This document shows positions 14,630-21,720 of a stretch of DNA of 32,000 nucleotides, in pieces; the stretch's first letter is position 1, and each line of letters begins with the position of its first letter. The notes beneath the pieces were generated by a model, which had not been told where the DNA came from, did no database searches, and saw only the letters and a list, made by a program, of their open reading frames with translations. The translations under genes and the position numbers were made by a program. Location of the stretch: contig NC_019954.2 in assembly GCF_000328765.2 (NCBI RefSeq), positions 1,624,516 to 1,656,515 on the forward strand, in the 5' to 3' direction. The DNA comes from Tepidanaerobacter acetatoxydans Re1 (lineage in GTDB: Bacteria > Bacillota > Thermosediminibacteria > Thermosediminibacterales > Tepidanaerobacteraceae).

Positions 14630-15664
14630 TTAACGGCACAAATAATTCTGTAATGACCAACGAGCTTGTTCTCTTACAATTTCCGATGGATCCTTAGTTA
14701 GTACCTTAAGTAAATTTCTAGTATTTTCACTTCTCAGGTTTCCCAATGCACATACGGCATTTCGGCGAATGACGTTTCTTCCACGCCAGCCGGCAGCTAT
14801 ATTATTAAACATCATATTAAAATCTTGCTTGCTCAATATTGCAAGCTTTTCCAAATCTCTTTCTGCCGGAATATCGGGTATAAACTCTTTATGATTGGGA
14901 ATTTTTACTTTCTGATTACAAGGACAAACCTCCTGACATGTATCACATCCAAAAACCCTATCACCAAGAGCTTTTCTGAATTCTTCCGGAATATGCCCCC
15001 TGATCTGGGTAATATAAGAAAGACATCTGTACGGATTTATTTGAAAAGGTGCCATCAGTGCCCCCGTAGGGCACGCACTTACGCAGCTGCCGCATCCGTT
15101 GCAGTTACTTTCAATATGGCTGTCCGGTTCGATTTCAATATCTGTTAGAATCTCCCCTAAAAATATCCACGAGCCTAATTCTGGTGTAAAAAAGCATGTA
15201 TTTTCGCCAATCCATCCTAAACCTGCTCGTCTGGCAGCAGCTTTTTCAATGAGGCTACCTGTATCAACTATAATCTTAAATCTGCCGGGACGTTTTTTTG
15301 AAATAAAATCAACAACATGTCTTAATTTTTCACTTAGTATGACGTGGTAATCCTTAACTTGGGCATACCTGGAAATTTTTCCCTCAGACCTACTTTCTAT
15401 GTGAGATGAAACAGCCTCTAATGAGCTTTGCGAATATATAAGATAACCCATGGCAAAACATATAATGGTTTTAGCACCCGGTAAGGATTTTTCCGGATCA
15501 CATCTGATTTCAATATCCTGTTCTTCGAAAGGGGATATTAAATTTTTTGCCTTCCTTTCTAATAAAACTTCCTTTTCCTGCAAAAATGGCTTAGCTGTTG
15601 TAAAACCGACTTTATCCAAGCCTATTTCCTTTGAAAAATAAATTATATCTTGCTTTATATCCAT
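14630..15664 (-). CDS. queG: Epoxyqueuosine reductase QueG
   Basis: 344 aa. Two ferredoxin-type clusters (CNGCGSCVSACPTGAL and CDTCQEVCPCN). C-terminal HEAT-like segment (RRNAVCALGNL...DPSEIVREQARWSL). The overall layout is typical of QueG. Confidence 0.85.
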   Translation of the reverse strand: MDIKQDIIYFSKEIGLDKVGFTTAKPFLQEKEVLLERKAKNLISPFEEQDIEIRCDPEKSLPGAKTIICFAMGYLIYSQSSLEAVSSHIESRSEGKISRYAQVKDYHVILSEKLRHVVDFISKKRPGRFKIIVDTGSLIEKAAARRAGLGWIGENTCFFTPELGSWIFLGEILTDIEIEPDSHIESNCNGCGSCVSACPTGALMAPFQINPYRCLSYITQIRGHIPEEFRKALGDRVFGCDTCQEVCPCNQKVKIPNHKEFIPDIPAERDLEKLAILSKQDFNMMFNNIAAGWRGRNVIRRNAVCALGNLRSENTRNLLKVLTKDPSEIVREQARWSLQNYLCR

Positions 15665-15677
15665 ATTTCTCTCCGAT

Positions 15678-15705
15678 TTGAATTTTTCACGAAAATATTT
15701 ATAAT
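15678..15705 (+). promoter_or_regulatory. Candidate sigma-A promoter for the DUF896 gene
   Basis: TTGAAT (15678-15683), a 16-nt spacer, then TATAAT (15700-15705). It lies about 57 nt upstream of ATG 15763. Confidence 0.5.
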
Positions 15706-15762
15706 TATATTATACCTTATAATGAGAATTTACTTCAAACAACTTGAAAAGGATGATTTTCT

Positions 15763-16017
15763 ATGATATCGAAGGAACAAATCGCTCGCATCAACGAACT
15801 TTATAAAAAACAAAAAAATGGCGGTCTTTCCGAAGAAGAAAAAAAAGAGCAGGCATACCTACGCCGGCTTTATATTGATTCTATGAAGTCAAATCTCAAA
15901 TCACAGTTAGACAGCATAAAAATTGTAGAGCCTTCAAACTACTGTAATCATCAACACGAGGATAAAAACTGCGGTCATTCGGGACATCGCAAGGGATGCA
16001 GCTGCAAAAACCATTAA
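15763..16017 (+). CDS. DUF896/UPF0291 (YnzC-like) protein with a Cys/His-rich C-terminal extension
   Basis: The N-terminal 55 aa (MISKEQIARINELYKKQKNGGLSEEEKKEQAYLRRLYIDSMKSNLKSQLDSIKIV) match the YnzC-family pattern. The tail is SNYCNHQHEDKNCGHSGHRKGCSCKNH. Confidence 0.75.
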   Translation: MISKEQIARINELYKKQKNGGLSEEEKKEQAYLRRLYIDSMKSNLKSQLDSIKIVEPSNYCNHQHEDKNCGHSGHRKGCSCKNH

Positions 16018-16529
16018 ATAATCAAACAGCCTAATGTATTTTTTGCCTCTTTTAATGCAAAATCATGTGCCTCTTCATCAAAAGAAGCTACTCCATCTTT
16101 GTAAATATTCACTTTATACGCCAAATTTCTAGCATCAGCAGCGGTATAAAGCACACAAATATTTGTACAAACACCCGCTAGAAATATTTCATCAACTTTA
16201 TTTTCCCTTAAATATAGATCTAAATCAGTTCCAAAAAAGGCACTGTAACGTCTTTTTACTATTATTTTATCATCATCTTTTACATCCAAATCTTCGATTA
16301 TTTTCGCACCGCAAGTTCCGGCAATACAGTGAGGAGCAAACATCTCAAACTCTTTATCGTTTTTTTCATGGTTATCACAAATAAATATAACCGGATAGTC
16401 ATGCTCCCTGAAATTGTTTATTTTTTCCTTTATAAACCCTATAATGGCTTTACCTTGCGGCCCCACACTCAAAGCACCGCCTTCATAGATAAAATCTTTC
16501 AGCATATCGATAACAAGTAAGGCTTTCAC
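16014..16529 (-). CDS. pncA: Isochorismatase-family cysteine hydrolase, probable nicotinamidase (PncA-like)
   Basis: 171 aa. ALLVIDMLKDF (Asp), KRRYSAFFGT (Lys) and LAGVCTNICVLYTA (Cys) fit the catalytic-triad layout. GTG start at 16529 with SD GGGAGAG and a 7-nt spacer. The family call is firm; the substrate call is moderate. Confidence 0.65.
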   Translation of the reverse strand: MKALLVIDMLKDFIYEGGALSVGPQGKAIIGFIKEKINNFREHDYPVIFICDNHEKNDKEFEMFAPHCIAGTCGAKIIEDLDVKDDDKIIVKRRYSAFFGTDLDLYLRENKVDEIFLAGVCTNICVLYTAADARNLAYKVNIYKDGVASFDEEAHDFALKEAKNTLGCLII

Positions 16530-16599
16530 TTTTAAACTCTCCCTTCTTTTTTAAACCTAAAAAAAATACATTTTGTTTATTCTCAGTTGCATTAATTAC

Positions 16600-16608
16600 A
16601 TTATAGCA
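16600..16608 (-). promoter_or_regulatory. Extended -10 element (TGCTATAAT) upstream of the pncA-like gene
   Basis: Minus strand reads TGCTATAAT about 70 nt upstream of the GTG start. The -35 element is weak. Confidence 0.4.
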
Positions 16609-16768
16609 TGTTTTTGTAAATATTATAAAAATACTTGAATTCACTGTATCAAAAAATCCGCAGCGATATTAAGCAGGTTGATAATGTACAGCAAGTTTAA
16701 CGGACTAAAATCCGTGGCCACAGATTACAAAGCTCGGTGCTTTGATGATAAGCATTTCATTTTCTATA

Positions 16769-16798
16769 TTGACATGAATCGAATTTATCTGCTATCAT
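16769..16798 (+). promoter_or_regulatory. Candidate sigma-A promoter for azlCD
   Basis: TTGACA (16769-16774), an 18-nt spacer, then TATCAT (16793-16798). It lies about 35 nt upstream of ATG 16833. Confidence 0.5.
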
Positions 16799-16832
16799 AA
16801 AATTTAATTATTATACGTTATGAGGGATAATC

Positions 16833-17519
16833 ATGCACTCAAGCAAAGAAAGTGACTTCATTTTTGGAATAAAGCGAGCTGCACCGATTGTATTTGGATA
16901 TATCCCTGTTGGCTTTGCTCTCGGAGTAATGGCTGCCGATATAGGCCTAAACCCTCTGGAAATGGGTTTAATGTCTGCATTTGTTTACGCTGGTTCGGCT
17001 CAATTTATAGCTGTAAATATGCTGGGTGCAGCTGCAAATACCATCGCTATAATAATAACTACATGTTTAGTAAATTCGAGGCATCTATTGTTCAGTGCTT
17101 CACTGGCACCGCATTTTCAGGGAATAAAGCAAAAACTCATTACCTTTATTTCTTTCTTTATCACTGATGAAAGTTTTGCTGTAAGCATTACCGACGCAGA
17201 ACAAGGTCCACTTTCTCACACTTATTATTTAGGTCTTTATATCACCGCTTACTTAAGCTGGATTTTCAGCACTGTTTTAGGTACAAAATTGGGCAGTTTT
17301 ATACCGGATACAAAAGCCCTTGGTTTTGATTTTGCTCTGCCAGGAATGTTTCTCGTTTTATTATGTATGCAGCTTAAAAACACTAGATATGTCTTGGTTT
17401 CATTGATATCAGGCTTGCTTTCTATATTATTCATATATCTAATACCGGGAAACTGGAACGTTATTTTGGCTACCGTAATTGCTGCAATAGTAGGGGTGTT
17501 TATAGACAATGAAGATTGA
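16833..17519 (+). CDS. azlC: AzlC-family branched-chain amino acid exporter subunit
   Basis: 228 aa polytopic membrane protein with the AzlC-type N-terminus (GIKRAAPIVFGYIPVGFALGVMA, FVYAGSAQF). Overlaps the following AzlD-like ORF by 11 nt. Confidence 0.8.
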   Translation: MHSSKESDFIFGIKRAAPIVFGYIPVGFALGVMAADIGLNPLEMGLMSAFVYAGSAQFIAVNMLGAAANTIAIIITTCLVNSRHLLFSASLAPHFQGIKQKLITFISFFITDESFAVSITDAEQGPLSHTYYLGLYITAYLSWIFSTVLGTKLGSFIPDTKALGFDFALPGMFLVLLCMQLKNTRYVLVSLISGLLSILFIYLIPGNWNVILATVIAAIVGVFIDNED

Positions 17520-17835
17520 CTTGGGTTACATATATCTTGTCATTGCAATGGGAATCGTAACTTATCTTCCGAGAATGTTGCCTGCGACTTTGCTGTCAAA
17601 CAGAAAAATCCCAGAATTTTTTATAAAGTTCTTGAGATTTGTTCCTGCGGCAGTGCTTTCTGCGCTGTTTTTCCCCGGTGTAATTATGGCAGAAAATAAA
17701 TTGAATATTACTTTCTCTAACCCCCTGTTATTAGCTTCTTTGCTGACCTTTCCCATCGCTTACAAAACAAGAAACATGTTTGCAACTGTGCTGTCAGGAA
17801 TGGGTTTTGTTATATTATTCAATTACATTATATAA
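17509..17835 (+). CDS. azlD: AzlD-family small membrane subunit
   Basis: 108 aa, four predicted helices (IVTYLPRMLP...FLRFVPAAVLSALFFP). Canonical partner position after azlC. Confidence 0.8.
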   Translation: MKIDLGYIYLVIAMGIVTYLPRMLPATLLSNRKIPEFFIKFLRFVPAAVLSALFFPGVIMAENKLNITFSNPLLLASLLTFPIAYKTRNMFATVLSGMGFVILFNYII

Positions 17836-18056
17836 AAATATTTTGTTTACGAAGTTGTTTCTACGGATATGAGGATTTTTTCCGTCAAGCGCCGGATGAA
17901 CACTTATGAAAACATAAGCTTCTGATGGTTCCCTGAGAATAATTTGAAATACCCTGATTCATGCATATAGGATATGGCATGTTCATGGCAGGATTGGCAA
18001 TATTTTCAGCCTATATAATGAGACGATGCGGTTTGAAAAAATCGCTTTGGGATGTA

Positions 18057-18085
18057 TTGACATAAAAACGATAAGAAGGTATAAT
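18057..18085 (+). promoter_or_regulatory. Consensus sigma-A promoter for tRNA-Leu
   Basis: TTGACA (18057-18062), a 17-nt spacer, then TATAAT (18080-18085). Both hexamers match the consensus perfectly. The -10 ends 14 nt before the tRNA 5' end. Confidence 0.8.
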
Positions 18086-18099
18086 GTTTATTGTCATAT

Positions 18100-18184
18100 G
18101 CGGGGATGGCGGAACTGGCAGACGCGTACGTTTGAGGGGCGTATGGGTTATCCCGTGCGGGTTCAATTCCCGCTCTCCGCACCA
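18100..18184 (+). tRNA. tRNA-Leu (anticodon GAG), type II with long variable arm, CCA encoded
   Basis: Hand-folded. Acceptor GCGGGGA/TCTCCGC. D-arm GCGGAACTGGCAGACGC. Anticodon stem TACGT/GCGTA with loop TTGAGGG (anticodon GAG). Variable arm TGGGTTATCCCGT. T-arm GCGGG-TTCAATT-CCCGC. 3' end ACCA. Confidence 0.9.
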
Positions 18185-18205
18185 TAATCATACTAAGTAA
18201 ATTTC

Positions 18206-18231
18206 AAGCGAGCTATATTGCTCGCTTTTTA
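18206..18231 (+). terminator. Rho-independent terminator after tRNA-Leu
   Basis: AAGCGAGC-tatatt-GCTCGCTT followed by TTT. It lies 22 nt after the CCA end. Confidence 0.8.
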
Positions 18232-18337
18232 AGTGTACTTATTTTAAAGCCTGCTAGCTATGCCCGTAATTTCAAAATGCTTATAGTCTGTTGCCAGCAA
18301 AATACTTTTATATGCTAAAATAAAATGGCCCGGAATT

Positions 18338-18484
18338 TTAAGTTGTCAAAAACTTGAGCACATAATATATCGCTATAACGGCACCAAATATAATAAGCAC
18401 TGGGGGCAGCAGCAACTCAAATGCTGCTATTATCATTGCTAAGATATCTTTTGCATCTAAATTGGGTTTTTTAGGTGAATTCAT
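18338..18484 (-). CDS. Unlisted 48-aa hydrophobic small protein, translationally coupled to the solute-binding protein gene
   Basis: Too short for the ORF track. Minus-strand ATG 18484-18482 overlaps the TGA stop of the upstream gene (ATGA). SD-like GGTGG lies 8 nt upstream. Translation: MNSPKKPNLDAKDILAMIIAAFELLLPPVLIIFGAVIAIYYVLKFLTT, a polar head followed by one long hydrophobic segment. Confidence 0.4.
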   Translation of the reverse strand: MNSPKKPNLDAKDILAMIIAAFELLLPPVLIIFGAVIAIYYVLKFLTT

Positions 18485-20109
18485 TGTTTAATCCACCACT
18501 CATTTATATTATTGAACAGGTTTATGGGGTCAGGCTCGACTCCTTTTAACCTTTTGTTTAAAGCTAAAATTTCATTAGGACTGTAAAGAAACAGATATGG
18601 TAAATCACGGTTTATAATTTCTTGAGCCTCATACAAAAGTTCCTTTTTGCTTTCATAATCTGTCTTAGCTTGAATCAAAATATCATCAAGTTCGGGATTT
18701 GAATATGATACAAAGTTATACCCGTTCTTTATTTCACTGCTGGCGAACATAAACTGCAAATCCGGATTAGGCGCAAGTTTCCACCCCATAACAGCAGTAT
18801 CGTATTTTTTGCTCATAACCTTGCTTTTTAATTCATCCCATGTGACATTTGTAAGTTTAACAGAAATACCTAAGTCTTTTAAATCCTTTTCTATATGGGA
18901 TGCCGTTTGATATCGAGCTCCGTTTGAAGTATTAACCAATAACTCGAATTCGAGTTTATATTTCTTTTTACCAATGGTTTTCTCTAAAATTCCATCATCA
19001 TCTTTGTCTTCCCAACCTGCTTCTTTAAGTTTTTGTGCTGCCGTTCTCTTGTTATACATTATCTGTTGCATATTAGAATTAAAAGCCCACGAATAAGGTA
19101 AAATTGGACCGTCAATCACTAAACCCCGTCCTAAAGTTGTATCCTGGAGAATTCTGTTTCGATCAATTCCCATAAGCATAGCTTGGCGCACATTAACATC
19201 ACTTAATATGGGATTGGTTAAGTTTACTGCGATAAATTCAAAATATCTTGAGGGATATTGAAGCAGATAAACATCTTCCATTTCATGGAATACATTCCAA
19301 TCCTCCGGTTCAATATTAATCATATCAACTGCCCGCTTGTTAAATGCTTCCTTGATAGCAGTATTATCCGGGAAAATTTTGATATTCATTCCTTCTATAT
19401 ATGGTTTTTCACCAAAATAGTCATCATTTCTCCTTAAGCTTACTGAGTCGCTTGACCTACTAACTACTTTAAAAGGCCCTGTACCGATATATTCAGACGC
19501 TGTTTTTTCTGTACCTTTACTTGTTTTTAATGTTTCAATAAATGATGCTGAAAGGATGCCTCTAGTCATGCCGTATAAAAAATCAGCATCAGGTTTATAT
19601 AAAGAAATAATAAAAGTATTTTTATCCAACGCTTCGTAGCTTTGAATATTGTCAAATTCAGCAAAATCCGGTCTTTCAACTTTTTTTACAGATTTTTTTA
19701 ATTCTTTTATTCTATCAAAGGTAGCTTTGACATCTGCTGATGAAAATGTTTCCCCATTATGCCATTTTACATCAGTTCTTAGATTGATAGTGTATATTTT
19801 ACCATCCTCATCAATTTGCCAACTTTCAGCAAGAGCAGGTTGTAGCATACCTTGACCATCGATTCTCACAAGGCCTTCGTAAATAAGGCTTAAAATTGCC
19901 TTTGTTTCCTCATCATTTGCCATTAAAGGGTCCATGTTTAAATTCGAAGTTGTGGCAAGACTAACCGTTCCGCCGCTTTGAGGGGATTCAGCCACTTCTT
20001 GTTTCTCCGGTTCCTTTGGCTCAATAGGGCTTAAATGCTCTGTATCGGAACAAGCTGTGCTAAAAAATACCGTTATAAATATTAATATTGCTATCAGTTT
20101 TCTTTTCAT
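18481..20109 (-). CDS. ABC-transporter family-5 (peptide/nickel, OppA/DppA-like) substrate-binding lipoprotein, orphan
   Basis: The body is typical of SBP family 5 (LVRIDGQGMLQPALAESWQIDEDGKIYTINLRTDVKWHNGETFSSADV). The preferred start, ATG at 20109, gives MKRKLIAILIFITVFFSTAC, a signal peptide with a lipobox. The track start at 20145 adds 12 aa. No permease or ATPase genes are adjacent. Confidence 0.85.
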   Translation of the reverse strand: MKRKLIAILIFITVFFSTACSDTEHLSPIEPKEPEKQEVAESPQSGGTVSLATTSNLNMDPLMANDEETKAILSLIYEGLVRIDGQGMLQPALAESWQIDEDGKIYTINLRTDVKWHNGETFSSADVKATFDRIKELKKSVKKVERPDFAEFDNIQSYEALDKNTFIISLYKPDADFLYGMTRGILSASFIETLKTSKGTEKTASEYIGTGPFKVVSRSSDSVSLRRNDDYFGEKPYIEGMNIKIFPDNTAIKEAFNKRAVDMINIEPEDWNVFHEMEDVYLLQYPSRYFEFIAVNLTNPILSDVNVRQAMLMGIDRNRILQDTTLGRGLVIDGPILPYSWAFNSNMQQIMYNKRTAAQKLKEAGWEDKDDDGILEKTIGKKKYKLEFELLVNTSNGARYQTASHIEKDLKDLGISVKLTNVTWDELKSKVMSKKYDTAVMGWKLAPNPDLQFMFASSEIKNGYNFVSYSNPELDDILIQAKTDYESKKELLYEAQEIINRDLPYLFLYSPNEILALNKRLKGVEPDPINLFNNINEWWIKQ

Positions 20110-20206
20110 GGACGGCACCCCAATAAAATCATTTCTAAATTGCAATTTAAATAATGCCTCAATAATGCTTCGGTTTTCATGTTTATTATATTATATATAT
20201 ATTGGA

Positions 20207-21241
20207 TCACTTCATTCTTTTAAGTTTAGGATTATCCTTTAATCCGGGAATTCGACCTCGTTTGGCAACAGGTGTGCCATCTACCATTTTTAGATCCAAT
20301 GTCATATCTATAGGTGTAGCACCGGATATATAGCTGCCAACGCCAAAAGCATCTGCTCCGGCTTCAATAAGAATCTTTATTCTTTCAGGGCTAAGACCTC
20401 CTGATACAAATATTTTTACATAATCATAGCCCTTTTGGTCTAATCGCTTTCTAATTTCATATATAAGCTCCGGTGTGACACCCCCGCGTTCACTTGGAGT
20501 ATCCAGCCTTACACCTTCCAAGTCCTTTCCTAAAGCCATAGCTACATTTAATGCTTCCTCAGCTTCATCTTTAAAGGTATCTACAAGAATTATTCTCGGA
20601 GAATCTGGCGGCATAATCTCATCATAGGCTTTTGCTACTTTAACAGTATCTCCTGCCATTATTATAGCCGCATGGGGAATAGTCCCGGAGGGTTCTCTGC
20701 CCAGAAGTTTCGCTGCTAAAATGCAGCTGGCATTATCAGCACCACCTACTACTGCCGCTCTCTCCATAACCGGTGCAACAGCCGGATGGACATGTCTTGC
20801 ACCAAAACATATGCAAGTCTTATCTCCTGCAGCTTCACGGCAACTGCGTGCTGCTGTCGCCCATCCACTAGGATGTGCCATCATCCCAAGAAGAACCGTT
20901 TCATATATGCCAAACTCTTCATAAGAACCTCTTATTCTCATAACCGTGTCTTTTGGCTCGAAGGTCTCACCTTCCGGAAGGGCATATATTTCAATGTTTT
21001 TGTTCTGTAAAAGACTTAAAACCTCTTCAACGCCGCACATAACGCCAGATTTTCTGGGGAACACTTCAGCCACCACTTCTTTTGTTGAAATATTCATATG
21101 CCGCAAAATTTCCATGGTTTTAATAAAATATATATCTGTTGTCATTCCGGCAAGTATCTCGTCGTGATTGGCTGAGAACAATCGCCTTTTTGAATCAATT
21201 TTAATGTTTTTGACATCATTTAATGATTTGATTTCTTCCAT
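20207..21241 (-). CDS. Nicotinate phosphoribosyltransferase, short archaeal/clostridial type (type II PRTase family)
   Basis: 344 aa. The N-terminal segment SANHDEILAGMTTDIYFIKTMEIL and the barrel segments (GARHVHP, RLDTPSERGG, IFVSGGL) resemble the short NAPRT family. SD GAGAGAGG lies upstream of ATG 21241. Confidence 0.7.
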   Translation of the reverse strand: MEEIKSLNDVKNIKIDSKRRLFSANHDEILAGMTTDIYFIKTMEILRHMNISTKEVVAEVFPRKSGVMCGVEEVLSLLQNKNIEIYALPEGETFEPKDTVMRIRGSYEEFGIYETVLLGMMAHPSGWATAARSCREAAGDKTCICFGARHVHPAVAPVMERAAVVGGADNASCILAAKLLGREPSGTIPHAAIIMAGDTVKVAKAYDEIMPPDSPRIILVDTFKDEAEEALNVAMALGKDLEGVRLDTPSERGGVTPELIYEIRKRLDQKGYDYVKIFVSGGLSPERIKILIEAGADAFGVGSYISGATPIDMTLDLKMVDGTPVAKRGRIPGLKDNPKLKRMK

Positions 21242-21260
21242 AAAGCAAACCTCTCTCTTA

Positions 21261-21719
21261 TTATTTTATGTATTTCATAATTACTGCAACTATGCCCGCA
21301 GCTGTAAGCGGGCCAACGGGAACACCTTTGAAAAATGCTATACCTATGAGAGAACCAAGTATAATACCCACAACCACCTGAGGACTTTCCGCTATTAAAT
21401 TGGTCCCTTTACCGGAAAGAATTACCGTAAGAGCTCCTGCTAATAGTGCTGCAAGAGCTGAAGGGTTTTTTAAAGCTCCATTCACATCTTTTATGGTGAT
21501 TTTACCTGTTGCAAAAGGAGCAATAATTCCCATGGTTAAAATGATTATACCCCATTTTAATGCATTTTTGTCAATAAAAATTAATACTTGCTTTAAATTA
21601 ATAAGTTTTAAGCCAAGAATTACAGTAGCAGCTAAAGCAAGCGAATTGTTTTTTGAAAGTACCCCTAAAATAAGTATTACTAAAATTATTAATACTCCTT
21701 GATCCATAAAAATGTTCAC
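21261..21719 (-). CDS. DUF441/UPF0756-family membrane protein
   Basis: 152 aa, four to five hydrophobic helices. The N-terminus LIILVILILGVLSKNNSLALAATVILGLKL is typical of the YtwI-like family. Confidence 0.65.
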   Translation of the reverse strand: MNIFMDQGVLIILVILILGVLSKNNSLALAATVILGLKLINLKQVLIFIDKNALKWGIIILTMGIIAPFATGKITIKDVNGALKNPSALAALLAGALTVILSGKGTNLIAESPQVVVGIILGSLIGIAFFKGVPVGPLTAAGIVAVIMKYIK

Positions 21720-21720
21720 C

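Noticed and set aside
15690-15712. Possible LexA (Cheo) box upstream of the DUF896 gene, considered because B. subtilis ynzC is SOS-regulated
   Set aside because: The best candidate, CGAAAATATTTATA, matches only one half-site of CGAAC-N4-GTTCG. The right half matches at 2 of 5 positions.
16684-16800. 38-aa plus-strand ORF (MYSKFNGLKSVATDYKARCFDDKHFIFYIDMNRIYLLS) and an ACGGA-ctaaaa-TCCGT hairpin in the pncA/azlC intergenic region
   Set aside because: It has no usable SD. The ORF runs through the predicted azlC promoter. The hairpin has a 6-nt loop and no flanking tRNA-like arms. There is not enough evidence for a gene, a pseudogene fragment or a riboswitch.
18006-18191. 61-aa minus-strand ORF
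   Set aside because: It overlaps the tRNA-Leu gene and its promoter. Its C-terminal residues are simply the tRNA read in reverse, so it is an artefact.
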